Positions 32,007 to 42,343 of a DNA stretch of 64,000 bases are shown in pieces; position 1 is the first letter of the stretch; every line of letters starts with the position of its first letter. Under the pieces are notes generated by a model. The model saw only the letters and a list, made by a program, of their open reading frames with translations. It had not been told where the DNA came from and did no database searches. This stretch comes from Thermodesulfobacteriota bacterium (lineage in GTDB: Bacteria; Desulfobacterota; Desulfarculia; JACQYL01), in contig CAXXLZ010000001.1 of the NCBI GenBank assembly GCA_963675595.2, forward strand, positions 96,001 to 160,000. The letters run 5' to 3'. The position numbers and the translations under genes are program-made.

Positions 32007-32550
32007 TAAAACTCTCATAACTCCTGGACCAAAAACTGGGGGCTTGACAGGGTCCCCTGTGCGAATCTCGATTGGATCGGGTTCACCGCCCGGGAGTAGG
32101 CCGCGGGAAGCATGCCGTAAGTCATGGGAAACCGCCTTTTCGTGATGAGTAGGATATCATGGGAAAGGCAAGTTACGTGCCTTTGCGGGGCATGGATTCC
32201 AGTTCGGCGGAAAGCCTTACGGGATGAGGCATAGGGCAATTTTGCGAGTGGTGATTCGGAATTACCCTATGGAAATGGTTTCCCGGTTTTGGTGGAAGGA
32301 GGAAAATCTTGCCCTTGGATGTTCATGGCCTCTCGGACCGCTGGGGATTGATACCAACGCCGTCCGGATCTCTTCGGCCGTCCGTTTTGGGAAGGGACTT
32401 TCGTCGGCCGGCCGTATTCGCGGGGAACGCCTTTACCGCAGGGCCCTTGGTACGGGCGTCACCCGCCGGCACGTGACGAAACCGAACTGGGGAGATTTCT
32501 TGCCGGGACCGAAAACGACCAGCGGCATGGTCCTCCGGGAACGCCGGCTC

Positions 32551-33021
32551 CTAATCGGCCTGAAGCGGGCGGCATCGAGTCCAAACCAACGAACCGACGA
32601 TCTCTCGGCCGCCGCTTTGAATCGGCGGGGTTCGAAGGACGAGCGTGTCCCCGGAGATTTCGTAGTACCGCACCTGGGGTTCGCCGATCCAGTTGGGGAG
32701 CAAACTTGCCGTAACCCGGTGGGTGACGGTTTCGGCTTGGGGATCCACGGTGAAGGAACCGAAGTAGGCCACGTAGCCCTCAAACGCCTCCCGGATTTCC
32801 TCCGTGGTGCCGGTGCGTTGATCGCCCGACGCCAGAGGGGGCCGGCCGGGGCGCATCAATTGAGCGGCCATATTGCCGCAGGCGTCGTAAATGAGCAGCC
32901 CCTGCGGGTCTTCTCCCAAAGGAAAGGATGTTTCGCCGCCGGTCACGTAAAATTCGGCGGATACCAGTCGCCAAGTGCCGATAAACGGGGCGGCCGCTTT
33001 GGCGGTGAGGCTGGTTTGCAC
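32551..33021 (-). CDS. Lipocalin-like domain protein
   Basis: IGTWRLVS..PLGEDPQGLLIY..GNM..YVAYFG..LVWTR; GTG start with AGGAGG RBS. Confidence 0.75.
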   Translation of the reverse strand: MQTSLTAKAAAPFIGTWRLVSAEFYVTGGETSFPLGEDPQGLLIYDACGNMAAQLMRPGRPPLASGDQRTGTTEEIREAFEGYVAYFGSFTVDPQAETVTHRVTASLLPNWIGEPQVRYYEISGDTLVLRTPPIQSGGREIVGSLVWTRCRPLQAD

Positions 33022-33199
33022 GGGGTGTCCTCCTATGTCGAAAATGGTGATCATTCGTCCCCTTCGAGTTGCCCGGAAAGTCCCATAGTGCGGGTTTGTC
33101 GCGCGCCGTCGGGATGAAGCCCGCATGAGGGGAGCCGGGGGAGCATGAGGTCCACGGCGATCCTGCGAACAAATCTCCGATGGCGATTTCTGCAGTACC

Positions 33200-33529
33200 T
33201 CAGGCCCGTGGCGCGTACATGATGATCCCCACGCCGATCATGCAGATGGCACCCCCCAGCAGGTCATAACGGTCGGGTGCCAACCCGTCGATCTTCCAAC
33301 CCCACAGGATGGACAGCACGATGAATATGCCTCCGTAAGCCGCGTAAACACGTCCGAAATTTGCCGGCTGGAACGTGGGTACGATGCCGTAGAGGGTTAA
33401 TATCACGGCTCCGACCAGGGCCAACCAGGCGCTTTTGCCTTCGCGCAGCCAGAGCCAGACCAGATACCCGCCTCCGATTTCAAAGAGACCGGCCAGGACG
33501 AAAAGTGAAACGGACTTGAGAATCACCAT
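33200..33529 (-). CDS. ynfA: YnfA/UPF0060 small membrane protein
   Basis: [34 protein letters not shown]. Confidence 0.9.
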   Translation of the reverse strand: MVILKSVSLFVLAGLFEIGGGYLVWLWLREGKSAWLALVGAVILTLYGIVPTFQPANFGRVYAAYGGIFIVLSILWGWKIDGLAPDRYDLLGGAICMIGVGIIMYAPRA

Positions 33530-33807
33530 GGGGTCGCTCCTGTTTCACGGCTGTTCACGGCATCATCAAAGCCAAGTCTGCTGTTACAATGACTCGAAGG
33601 TTCCCGAGTCCGATATTCGTCACGTCGGGGCTCAACCCCGCCGGCCGGGAGCCGTGAGGCGCGCCTTCGGTCCATTTGTCCAATCTTTTGTGCTTCTCAC
33701 CCTGCAACATAAGCACGCGATCGACTCCCGAGTCGTCTCACAGACCCTCGGGGGTCGCTCCGCCTGAGGCGGTGCGGCCGTGTTTGGAGAATTTGCGGGG
33801 GGGCCGG

Positions 33808-33833
33808 GGGGGCGCTTTTTAAAGCGCCCCCCT
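33808..33833. terminator. GC-rich hairpin downstream of pylD
   Basis: GGGGGCGCTTT-tt-AAAGCGCCCCC. Confidence 0.5.
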
Positions 33834-33850
33834 GAATGCTCACCTTTGCC

Positions 33851-34693
33851 CTATTCCGCGTCGGCGAGCACCACGCTGTGCACGGCCATGACGGCCACGC
33901 CCAGGGCGAGGGGTTCGTGAATCAGGCGGTCGCCGAGCAAAGCTTCGGCTTTGGGCGTGAGACCGTGGGGCACGCCTGGGGAAGCCACGATGGTGGTGGA
34001 TCGCACCATGGTTTCGGCTAGAATGCCGGCGGCCGGGGTGGCGTCCAGAATGTAGTTTATGGTTCGGCAGGCCTCCGATAGGTCGTCTACCGGAGTCGCC
34101 CGGGGCCAGGCTTTGATGAAGTCCACCAGCCGAGCCTGGTTGACTTCGCGTACATAAACTTTTGCGCCCAACCGGATCAGCGCGTCCACGGCATAGGTTC
34201 CCACGGGTCCTAAGCCCAATACCAACACTTCCTTGCCGGCGATGCCGTCTTCCCGGAGGTTCACGGCTCCGGCCAAGGCCTGGACGAAACCGTGGGCCGT
34301 GGCCCACGCGTTGTCCACGGTACGCTTCATGGGCATGTTCACGGCCAAGAACCGGTAATCGTCGGACGCGAAAAGCACGTCGGCGCGGCTTTCAATCGCT
34401 TCGGCAAATCCTCCCACGTCCATTTGTCCCATGATCTCGGGCCGCATGTCCAGGTGCCTGAGCACGGCGCATATGGCCTCGGCGAAACCGGGGATCACTC
34501 CTTGGCCGGAAGACATGGTAATGACCGCGGCGGAGGATTTCCTGAGGAGGTCTTTGACGCGGGTCAACGGAGCATTCACGGTACGGGCGGCGATGCCCAG
34601 GAGGTCGAAGCCGGTTCTTCTCTTCAGGTCCCCGTCCAGGGCGTTGAGGGAAACGGGAATGTCTTTGATCAAGTCGTGGTATAGGCGGGTCAC
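33851..34693 (-). CDS. pylD: Pyrrolysine synthase (3-methylornithyl-N6-L-lysine dehydrogenase) homolog
   Basis: MTRL..TG.DL.GIA, GQGVIPGFA, DVGGFAEA, ASDD.RFLA, DN..ATA.GFV, Rossmann GLGPVG, SPGVPHG, IHEPLALGVAVM. Confidence 0.88.
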   Translation of the reverse strand: MTRLYHDLIKDIPVSLNALDGDLKRRTGFDLLGIAARTVNAPLTRVKDLLRKSSAAVITMSSGQGVIPGFAEAICAVLRHLDMRPEIMGQMDVGGFAEAIESRADVLFASDDYRFLAVNMPMKRTVDNAWATAHGFVQALAGAVNLREDGIAGKEVLVLGLGPVGTYAVDALIRLGAKVYVREVNQARLVDFIKAWPRATPVDDLSEACRTINYILDATPAAGILAETMVRSTTIVASPGVPHGLTPKAEALLGDRLIHEPLALGVAVMAVHSVVLADAE

Positions 34694-34704
34694 AAGGGAT
34701 TCTC

Positions 34705-35853
34705 CTATTCGTCCGGAGGGGACGGGTCCAGAAGGGTTTCACACCGGAATGCTTCGAGCAGGTTCTGAATCGCCCGGTCTCTCTTTTTCCGAGCGAGGTC
34801 TTCGGTATCTTCCACGATGACGGCCGTGGCCTCCCAGGCGAGAGGATTCCTCTGACAATTGGAGATGAACTCGTGGAAGCCAAAGGCGTTGGACATCACG
34901 GCCAAATGCCCCGCGTTTGCCAGGATGTGCTCTCCGGACACCTCGATGGTCTTGTCGCGCTGGCGAAGATGTTCGTAGATCACGGCCTTGCCGCGGGTCC
35001 CTGCGGGCAGGGGATCGGGCGGACGGCCCGACGTCCAATATCGGGCCAGGAGTTCGACCATGTTGATACCGGTGGAATGGAACACCGCGGTGGGGGTCTG
35101 GCTCGGAAGCCGGGCGTCGATTTCAAGGACCTTAAGGCCGTCATCCGGAGACATGACTTCGATGTCCATGATGCCGGAGAGATTCAGTGCCGAAGCGATT
35201 CGCTCGCCCAACCGTCGGAATTCGGCTTCCACTTCCCTGCCGGTGGCGGGTCCTGCCAAGACCCTTTTGCAGTCGTAGACCGCGTCGAATTCCAGTTCGG
35301 TGACCTGGAACCCAACCGCGCGTCCCCGATGCGCCATGACTTCCAGGGAAAAGGAAGGCCCTCCCACAAATTGCTGGATGACCACTTCCTTCCCCAGTTC
35401 GGCAAGCGCTCGGTTCAGGGTTTCCTCGTTGAAAACTCTGCTCACGCCGGTGCTGCCGCTGGATCCGGAAGGCTTGACGATCACCGGAAACCCGCACTGA
35501 GGCCAGGGGTCGGGGGTGGGAATCTCGGCGGACGCGAACAACTCGTTGGATCGAAGTTTGGACGAAGTGACCCGGTAGGACGCAAGGTCCAGGGCCAGGG
35601 GGACTCCCAGCCGGCGGGCCGTTTCATCCAGGTAGGTCAGGGTCTCGATGTTTTCCGTGGCCGGAAGAATGCAATCAAAGGATGGGAGCACGCCTTCGAG
35701 GTCTTGCACGGCGGAATGGAGGAATCGGTCGGCAACTCCGCGTGCCGGAGGTTCGACATCCCGGTCCACCACCGTGGTTTCAAATCCCGCCTTGCGAGCC
35801 AGATACGCCGCCTCCAGGCCCTGGAGTCGGCCGCCGACGATGCAGAGTTTCAT
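34705..35853 (-). CDS. pylC: 3-methylornithine--L-lysine ligase (ATP-grasp) homolog
   Basis: IVGGRLQGLEAAYLARKAG, PATEN, SSKLRS, VKPSGSSGSTGV, YDCKRV, GIMDIEV, LEIDARLPSQTPTAV, VSGEHI. Confidence 0.9.
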   Translation of the reverse strand: MKLCIVGGRLQGLEAAYLARKAGFETTVVDRDVEPPARGVADRFLHSAVQDLEGVLPSFDCILPATENIETLTYLDETARRLGVPLALDLASYRVTSSKLRSNELFASAEIPTPDPWPQCGFPVIVKPSGSSGSTGVSRVFNEETLNRALAELGKEVVIQQFVGGPSFSLEVMAHRGRAVGFQVTELEFDAVYDCKRVLAGPATGREVEAEFRRLGERIASALNLSGIMDIEVMSPDDGLKVLEIDARLPSQTPTAVFHSTGINMVELLARYWTSGRPPDPLPAGTRGKAVIYEHLRQRDKTIEVSGEHILANAGHLAVMSNAFGFHEFISNCQRNPLAWEATAVIVEDTEDLARKKRDRAIQNLLEAFRCETLLDPSPPDE

Positions 35854-35857
35854 GAAA

Positions 35858-37351
35858 TCATCTTCCCGTTAATTCGGCCATAACCGTGTCTCCCTCCGGG
35901 GACCGACCCAGCCTGACCTTTTGTCCGACCCGGTTTTCCGCACAAAGGGCGTTCATGTCGTCCGGACGGGCGGGTCCGTTGGCCAAGAATCTCAGACCGG
36001 GCTCGGTTCTTCCGTAAATGATGGAGTACGCCGGGGAACCGTCCCGCGAGAACACCACGGTGTAGGTTTCGATGGTTCCTTCCCCCGAGGGAGCGGGATC
36101 GAACGGCACGGGCGGGTCTCCCACCAGAAAATTTTCGCGGTCCTCCAAATCGTGAGCGCCGATGTCCGAGTCCGACGGCCGGACTCCATAGACGCCGGCC
36201 GCGTGTTTGTGCATGAACCAGCCGAGCCCCGTAACCATGCCGTTTTCGAGGCGACCTGCAGCGATGTCTTCAGCCAAGGTGGCCACGGAGTGCAGCACGT
36301 AGCTGTTTCCCGGGCCGCCGAAAAAGCCGAGTCCTCCGGTGAGGGTCAGAGGACGGGGGTCTTCCGACGTGAGGCCGAGCATCTTCCGGGCCATGAGAAC
36401 CGCGCAGGGAAAGCAGCTGTAAAGATCGAAGGCTTGGATGTCCTCGAGGCGCATGCCGCTCCGTGCCATGGCTTTTTCCGCGGCGGAGAGCAGGGGAGGG
36501 GACGATGTGAAATTCGTTTTTTCCACCAGGAAGCGCCGGCGGTCTTGGGCGTATCCTCCTCCCAGGAAATAGACGGGGTTTTCTCCCTTGGACCTCCAGG
36601 GAGCCGCTTTGGCTTCAGAGGTCAGCAGTACGGCCGCTCCCATGTCCACGGTTAACAGGGACGTCATGTATTTGGTGTACGGGAAGGTCACCCATCGGTT
36701 TTGGGGGGTGGGCGTCATGATCTCGTTAGGGGTTCTGGGGCTTCGGGTCCATGCATGGGGGTGAGCTGCCGCCACCCGGCTGAACCCGGCCCAGAGTTCC
36801 GCAACACGGGCTCGGTGGGATGCGATGTCCCCTCCTGAGGACTCCGCGGCCAAGGCCGTTTCAAACAGAGGAAAACCATGGATGGGCTGAAACATTCCGT
36901 GCCGGGTTTCTTCGGGAGTCGACCCGATCATGTCGTCGGTGAGGTCTTCCGAGTCCAGCCCTTGCATGAGGCGGTTGTCGCCGTCGGAGACGCGGGAACG
37001 GTAGGTCTCGGCGCCGGCTACCAGGGCGGTCTCCAATTCGCCTCTCGCGATCATGCCCGCGGCCGTGTTGATAAGGGATTGCGGTGTGTTGCCTCCGATC
37101 CGGGCCACGGTCTTAAAGCGGGGAGATGCGCCCAGCCTTTCCGCAAGTTCTCCGGCCGCGTCACGGTACGGAACGCTCATGGTTCGGGTCAGGAAGATTC
37201 CGTCCAGGGAGGTCCGGAGATTTGGGATTCCTGCGCGCTCGAAAGCTTCCAGGGCGGCCTTGTGCATGAGGCCCAAGGGATCGAGGCCTTCGGAGTCCTC
37301 TTTTCTCTGAGTGATTTGCGCCCAACCGGGCAGGACAATTCCGGGTTTCAT
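35858..37351 (-). CDS. Thiolase-like (acetyl-CoA acetyltransferase family) protein with C-terminal extra domain
   Basis: GGNTPQ, DLYSCFP, TLTGGLGFFGGPGNSY, C-term TIETYTV; stop lies 4 nt upstream of the pylC ATG. Confidence 0.8.
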   Translation of the reverse strand: MKPGIVLPGWAQITQRKEDSEGLDPLGLMHKAALEAFERAGIPNLRTSLDGIFLTRTMSVPYRDAAGELAERLGASPRFKTVARIGGNTPQSLINTAAGMIARGELETALVAGAETYRSRVSDGDNRLMQGLDSEDLTDDMIGSTPEETRHGMFQPIHGFPLFETALAAESSGGDIASHRARVAELWAGFSRVAAAHPHAWTRSPRTPNEIMTPTPQNRWVTFPYTKYMTSLLTVDMGAAVLLTSEAKAAPWRSKGENPVYFLGGGYAQDRRRFLVEKTNFTSSPPLLSAAEKAMARSGMRLEDIQAFDLYSCFPCAVLMARKMLGLTSEDPRPLTLTGGLGFFGGPGNSYVLHSVATLAEDIAAGRLENGMVTGLGWFMHKHAAGVYGVRPSDSDIGAHDLEDRENFLVGDPPVPFDPAPSGEGTIETYTVVFSRDGSPAYSIIYGRTEPGLRFLANGPARPDDMNALCAENRVGQKVRLGRSPEGDTVMAELTGR

Positions 37352-37540
37352 GACGGTTTCCTATGTGGCTTCATCCGGAGTATCGGGGTCCGGGGTGTTG
37401 AGAGGGAGCATGAGCGTCGCCTGGTCAAAATAATCGATGGAACCGTTCCAATGCAAGTTGCCCGGAGCTCGGACGGCGAGTCTATGAACGGTTCAGGGAC
37501 ACGTACGAGGTTAGGCGAGGGAGCCCGGGTACGGGGAACT

Positions 37541-37571
37541 CCAAAGGGAGCCGAAGTCAGGCTCCCTTTGG
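37541..37571. terminator. Hairpin terminator between the VWA gene and the thiolase-pylCD unit
   Basis: CCAAAGGGAGCC-gaagtca-GGCTCCCTTTGG. Confidence 0.65.
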
Positions 37572-37621
37572 AGAGTCGAGGCGATTCGCACGGGTCGGTA
37601 TTTCGCTCCCGGAGCGGGCTT

Positions 37622-39922
37622 TCAGGTCGTCAGCCGTTTGTACATGGCGGGCAGCACCGTGGGCAACTGCTCCGCTTTGGGAACGATAATGCTTTGAGTT
37701 TGAGGACAGATGAGTTTCATGTACTCGGAGCCTTTTTGGTCCGAGGTGATGATGAAGGGATGGATTCGGTGTCGTCGGGCTTCTCTGAGGGCTCTGTGGG
37801 TATCGGCCACGGCATAGCTCAAGGTGCCGTATTCCAGATCGTACGGGCGTCCGTCGGTCAGGATGACCATCAGCTTGATGAGAGCGGGCACTGCGTTGAG
37901 CTTGTAGATACCGTGTCGGATCGCGGTGCCCAGGCGGGTGAAATGCTTGGGCTCGAGATTCCCGAGACGGTATTGGGCCTTTTCCCCGTAAGGCTCACCG
38001 AAATCCTTCACCGTGAACAGGTCCACTCGGTAACGACCTTCCGAGGTGAAGCCGAAAATGGCGAAGGGGTCTCCCACCGAATCCAGCGCTTCCGCCATCA
38101 GGACCATGGCTTCTTTCTGCAGATCGATGACCCTTCGTCCGCCCACCATTTCTTCGGTGGAACCGCTCATGTCCACGAGAAACAGAACGGCCACATCCCG
38201 GGATCGTTTGTCCCGCCGGATGTACACGCTGTCCGTTAAAGGTCCGCCGGCTTTCATCTCGACAATGGCCGGAATCAGGGCTTCCCAGTCGAGATCGTCG
38301 CCGAACTCCTGGGCGCGAAGCTTTCGGAACTGTTCGGGCTTCAAGCGGAGAAACTGTCTTCGAATCAGGTTGATCAGTCCGTGAAGACGGTTCCTCACGT
38401 CCGCGGCAAACGCGTTGGGTTCGTCCTTGGCCATACGTTGCCGCACCAGACACCAGTCGAGCTTGTAGTCCGAAAGACCGGTGTCCCATTCCTTGTACAT
38501 GAAGGTCTTGAAGGATTCTTCGAGCTCTTCGGCTTCCGGTGAAAGGAATTCAAGGTTGTCGAAAGCCTCTTGAAGGTCGTCCCAAATCCCTTTGAAATCA
38601 CGCTTGCCCTCGGCCATCATGAAGGTGAGCAGAGCTTCCACCACGGCCGGCGGCAGATCGTACTTCTCCTCGGCCTTCATGAGGACTTTTTGAATCAGAC
38701 CGTCGGTGTCTTTGACGAGATGGGGAAGGAGGTCCCCCCACCACGGCATGGGGCGAATGATTTCAGTCTCCGGATCGTCCGAGTATCCTTCCGGCAGGTC
38801 GGGCTCGGCCAGACGCTTCATTTCGGCGAGGAGGGCGGGGAGTTTTTTCAGAAGCCGCTGGTCCGCCTCCACATGCGTCCGGGTGGGGTGGACCCTTCGA
38901 GACATATCCCGCCAGTCCATGGCTTCGAGCAAAGCGGCCTGGTGCAGTGCCATGAGCTTGAACAATCCCAACCGGGGAACCACCTCGGGGAGAAAAATGG
39001 TGCGTCCGTCCGTGGCGGGCCCTCCGGTGAAGCCCTGGACTCCAATGAGGGAGTTGTTGGATCGGATTTTCACCCGCCGTCCGAGGTAGGCCTCGCACAT
39101 GAGGGACAGCATGTTCGCTCGATCCTGGAGCACGATTCCGGAGGTCAAGCTGTCGCGTTTTTCCAGGGACTTGAAGGTCGTGCCGCTGAAGTAGCCCACC
39201 AGTTCTTCTTCCGAGCGGCTGTCCTCGAGTCCCTGATCGACCCAATTGACGGTTTCGGAATCGTTCAGAAGCAGGCAAACACGTGTTCCCAGGCGAATAA
39301 AGGCTTCGGCCGCGGAAGCGGCGCGCAGGGAAATCCTCTCCGCCTGGTCCAGAAGGAAATTCCAATGTTCAAGAGGGGTCGCGCACTGATCGGATACCGC
39401 CTCTTCGAGATAGGCCTTGACGGCCCGGCCCATGCGGCGGCCCGCCTTCAAGGCTTCGATGGCCAGTTCGCCCCAGAGCATCACGTGTTCCGGCCCGAAA
39501 CTTCTGACCGCGGCCGGCGTGTGTTTAAGGAACGCGGAAGCGCATTCCACGTCGGAGTCGGCCATCCGGACGGCGAACAGGGTCCATTCTTCGATGGCGA
39601 CCTCAGTGGAGGATACGGCGCTCACGCTTTCAAAGTAAGACGAGGTCATGGTCCAATTTCGGACCGCGAGACGTTTGGCTCCCCTGAGAATCAGCGGGGT
39701 TGAGGGGTTGCCCCTCAGATTTTCGATGTTGTGGAAAGTACTGATAAAAAAGTTGGTCGCCATGCGGGACCTGAGATGGGCGATGGAGCCGCAGATTCTC
39801 AGATAGGCGTCATGGGTACCGTTGGGCAAACGCTGCAGGATGTCCGGATGGGACCTGAGGAATTCCGTCAGGGAACTCATGCGGACGCGGGAATAAGTTC
39901 GACAGGGAGAGAGAATATCCAT
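37622..39922 (-). CDS. NorD/CbbO-type VWA-domain protein
   Basis: PATDGRTIFLP, YKEWD..DY, MIDAS VDMSGST, TRLGTAIRH, LTDGRPYD. Confidence 0.88.
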   Translation of the reverse strand: MDILSPCRTYSRVRMSSLTEFLRSHPDILQRLPNGTHDAYLRICGSIAHLRSRMATNFFISTFHNIENLRGNPSTPLILRGAKRLAVRNWTMTSSYFESVSAVSSTEVAIEEWTLFAVRMADSDVECASAFLKHTPAAVRSFGPEHVMLWGELAIEALKAGRRMGRAVKAYLEEAVSDQCATPLEHWNFLLDQAERISLRAASAAEAFIRLGTRVCLLLNDSETVNWVDQGLEDSRSEEELVGYFSGTTFKSLEKRDSLTSGIVLQDRANMLSLMCEAYLGRRVKIRSNNSLIGVQGFTGGPATDGRTIFLPEVVPRLGLFKLMALHQAALLEAMDWRDMSRRVHPTRTHVEADQRLLKKLPALLAEMKRLAEPDLPEGYSDDPETEIIRPMPWWGDLLPHLVKDTDGLIQKVLMKAEEKYDLPPAVVEALLTFMMAEGKRDFKGIWDDLQEAFDNLEFLSPEAEELEESFKTFMYKEWDTGLSDYKLDWCLVRQRMAKDEPNAFAADVRNRLHGLINLIRRQFLRLKPEQFRKLRAQEFGDDLDWEALIPAIVEMKAGGPLTDSVYIRRDKRSRDVAVLFLVDMSGSTEEMVGGRRVIDLQKEAMVLMAEALDSVGDPFAIFGFTSEGRYRVDLFTVKDFGEPYGEKAQYRLGNLEPKHFTRLGTAIRHGIYKLNAVPALIKLMVILTDGRPYDLEYGTLSYAVADTHRALREARRHRIHPFIITSDQKGSEYMKLICPQTQSIIVPKAEQLPTVLPAMYKRLTT

Positions 39923-39930
39923 GATCGCTG

Positions 39931-40773
39931 TTAGAAGATGCCGCCGACGATTTCGGAAATCGCTTCCTGCATTTCGGGATCGTCGGTCATACAGCGGGTG
40001 ATGGCGGCTTCACAAGCAACGGCCGGAGCGAGGCCGCGGGCCATGAGTTTTCCCGCGTAGACCAGCAGGCGCGTACTGACCCCTTCCTCGAGACCGTGTT
40101 GCCGCAGGTTGCGCACCATGTCGCCCAATCGAACGAGACGCGCGGCGGTTTCTTCGTCCACGCCGGATTCCTTGCGGACGATTTCCTGTTCCTTTTCCGC
40201 CGGCGGATAGCTGAATTCCAATGCCACGAATCGTTGACGTGTTGAATGCTTCAAATCCTTCATCACGCTCTGGTACCCCGGATTATAGGAGATGACCAGA
40301 AGGAAATCAGGATGGGCTTCCAACAGCCGCCCGCGCTTCTCCTGGGGCAGGATCCTCCGATCGTCGGTCAAGGGGTGAATCACCACCGTGGTGTCTTTGC
40401 GGGCTTCCACCACTTCGTCGAGATAACAGATGGCTCCGTTCTTCACCGCCAGGCTCAAGGGTCCGTCCGTCCACTCGGTCTCTTGCTTCTTCAGGAGAAA
40501 CCGGCCCACCAAGTCCGAGGCGGTCAAATCCTCATGGCAGGATATGGTGACCAGAGGGCGGGAGAGCCTCCAAGCCATGTGTTCCAGAAATCGAGTCTTT
40601 CCGCACCCGGTCGGCCCCTTGAGCATAACGGGCAACTTGATGTCATAGGCCTGTTGGAACACCTCCAACTCATCTCCAATGGGGAGGTAGAACGGTTCTT
40701 TGGGCAGATAGTAATGCTCGATGGCCACCTCGTGCGAGGCCTTCAGGGGTCGTGATGTACCGGTCTGCTGCAC
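39931..40773 (-). CDS. CbbQ/NirQ/NorQ (MoxR) AAA+ ATPase
   Basis: [57 protein letters not shown]. Confidence 0.93.
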   Translation of the reverse strand: MQQTGTSRPLKASHEVAIEHYYLPKEPFYLPIGDELEVFQQAYDIKLPVMLKGPTGCGKTRFLEHMAWRLSRPLVTISCHEDLTASDLVGRFLLKKQETEWTDGPLSLAVKNGAICYLDEVVEARKDTTVVIHPLTDDRRILPQEKRGRLLEAHPDFLLVISYNPGYQSVMKDLKHSTRQRFVALEFSYPPAEKEQEIVRKESGVDEETAARLVRLGDMVRNLRQHGLEEGVSTRLLVYAGKLMARGLAPAVACEAAITRCMTDDPEMQEAISEIVGGIF

Positions 40774-40919
40774 AGCTGCTCCTTCCGATTCTTCTATAAC
40801 TGCGGAGAATTAGCGGGGACGGCCACGCTTACCGTCCCTTTTCCATACAAGTCAAGTATAGACGACGTCCGGCGCCTCTTCAAGAAGGTTCGAGAAATAG
40901 GGGGGACTTGGGTGCAAGA

Positions 40920-40955
40920 AGGCCGCCGTTGCACGGACGCGCGCAACGGCGGCCT
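40920..40955. terminator. Hairpin downstream of the MtaA-like gene
   Basis: AGGCCGCCGTTGC..GCAACGGCGGCCT. Confidence 0.6.
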
Positions 40956-40982
40956 CGCTGAGGCTTGGAAAGGCCCGAGAAC

Positions 40983-42023
40983 TTAGTATTTGCCGTAAAG
41001 CTCCGCGGCCTCCATCATGGCGATGGCGTTCATGATGGAACCGTTGGGCGGATACTCACACCCGGTGGCGAGGATGAAACCGCCGCCTTTGCCCAGTTCC
41101 TCGATCTCGCGCTTGCATTCCTCCCTCATGTCCGCGGGGGAACCAAGAAACGCGTACTGAGCCGGATTGACATAGCCGCAAAGGCAGGTCTTGTCCCCCC
41201 ATTTTTCTTTGGTTTCCTTCATGTCCTTACAGTCGTCCGGCGTGTAGGCGAAGGAAATGGCCACGGGCTGCATGGTTTCTATCTGCACGTCGAAATAGAT
41301 GCCGTTGCCGCAGTTGTGAACCATGACCATGGCGCCTCCCTCGCGAACCGCGTCGGCGATCCGCTTGGCGAAGGGGCCTTCGATTTCTTTCCAAAGTTCC
41401 TTCTTCATGATGCACTGGGAAGCAAACAGGGTATCCAGCACCACGGCATGCACCCCGGTCTTGGTCATGGCCTTGATATAGTCCACCAACACGTCGGTGA
41501 TTACTTCTTCCGCGTGCATCACCGCTTCCTTGTTCTTCATGCAGTCCCGGAAGAGACGTTCCGCGCCTCGCATCATGGAGAGAATTCCCAAAGGGCCGTA
41601 AACGAATCCCATGATGGGCACGGTGGCGCCGCGTTCGTTCATGAGAACGTCGCAGTATTTGACCATTTCATTCATTCGGGGGGCCTTGGCCACATCGATG
41701 CGTTCCACTTTGTAATAGTCGTCGGGAGACTTGATCAGAGGATTGTCGTAGTTGGGATGCGGGGTGTCTTCGATGGGGAACACCACTTCCTGGCCCAGGT
41801 CCGCCGCCTCCACGGACAGGTCCACAAGGGTGAGCACGCCGTCGAAGCCGATGAGTTCCTGTGCCTGAAGCATGCACTTCGCGGCCAGCTCTCCGTCCTG
41901 TGCCCATTCGGCGTAGGTGACTCCGTAGACTCGCCTGGAGGCTCCGCAAACGAGGGGAGCCGCGGGTACGCGATCCGCTTCCTTGAACTGAAGGGCTGTG
42001 GCCACGCGTTCCAAAGATGTCAT
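40983..42023 (-). CDS. UroD/MtaA-CmuA family (methylcobamide:thiol methyltransferase-like) protein
   Basis: MTSLERV..DRVP, VEAADLG, GFVYGP, Zn-type HNC (MVHNCG) and GFILATGCEYP. Confidence 0.82.
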   Translation of the reverse strand: MTSLERVATALQFKEADRVPAAPLVCGASRRVYGVTYAEWAQDGELAAKCMLQAQELIGFDGVLTLVDLSVEAADLGQEVVFPIEDTPHPNYDNPLIKSPDDYYKVERIDVAKAPRMNEMVKYCDVLMNERGATVPIMGFVYGPLGILSMMRGAERLFRDCMKNKEAVMHAEEVITDVLVDYIKAMTKTGVHAVVLDTLFASQCIMKKELWKEIEGPFAKRIADAVREGGAMVMVHNCGNGIYFDVQIETMQPVAISFAYTPDDCKDMKETKEKWGDKTCLCGYVNPAQYAFLGSPADMREECKREIEELGKGGGFILATGCEYPPNGSIMNAIAMMEAAELYGKY

Positions 42024-42193
42024 ATTGTCCTCCTGTTTCGCCCGAATGGGGCGGGAAAATGGTAACGGTGGTTTCCCGGAGTTTAGACAACTTAAATTGT
42101 TTTAACATAAAAATAGGTATATTGAAAATAAACCTCTCCCTTACCGCCCGAACGCCTTGGGGGGAGGGGGCCCGGGTGGGAAAAGAGCCTTAC

Positions 42194-42343
42194 CGGCCCG
42201 CTGAAGAAGTCGGATTACGGCAGACTGTCAAGAACGATGACATGCAAGGCGCGTAAATCTCGAGGAAGGAGGCGTACGTGGAAGTACGGCGCAATGACGA
42301 GGGACGAAGCGCAACGCCGAAGATCGTGTTTATCGCCGGCCTG
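42194..42343 (-). repeat. MITE-like repeat, copy 4
   Basis: Reverse complement aligns with 19368-19518; begins right after the stop at 42344. Confidence 0.75.

Larger units (their letters stand above)
30752..32049 (+). mobile_element. IS3-family (IS407 group) insertion sequence
   Basis: TG..CA ends with imperfect IRs (GCCCCC..TTGGTCCA..ATGAGAG); no target duplication visible, suggesting an adjacent deletion. Confidence 0.85.

Noticed and set aside
33530-37620. tRNA-Pyl, pylSn, pylB or amber read-through near pylC/D
   Set aside because: No tRNA-like CTCTAAA anticodon context found except in an IS end, no pylSn-like ORF after pylD, no radical-SAM CxxxCxxC gene; reading through the pylC TAG adds only ENPL and is out of frame with pylD.
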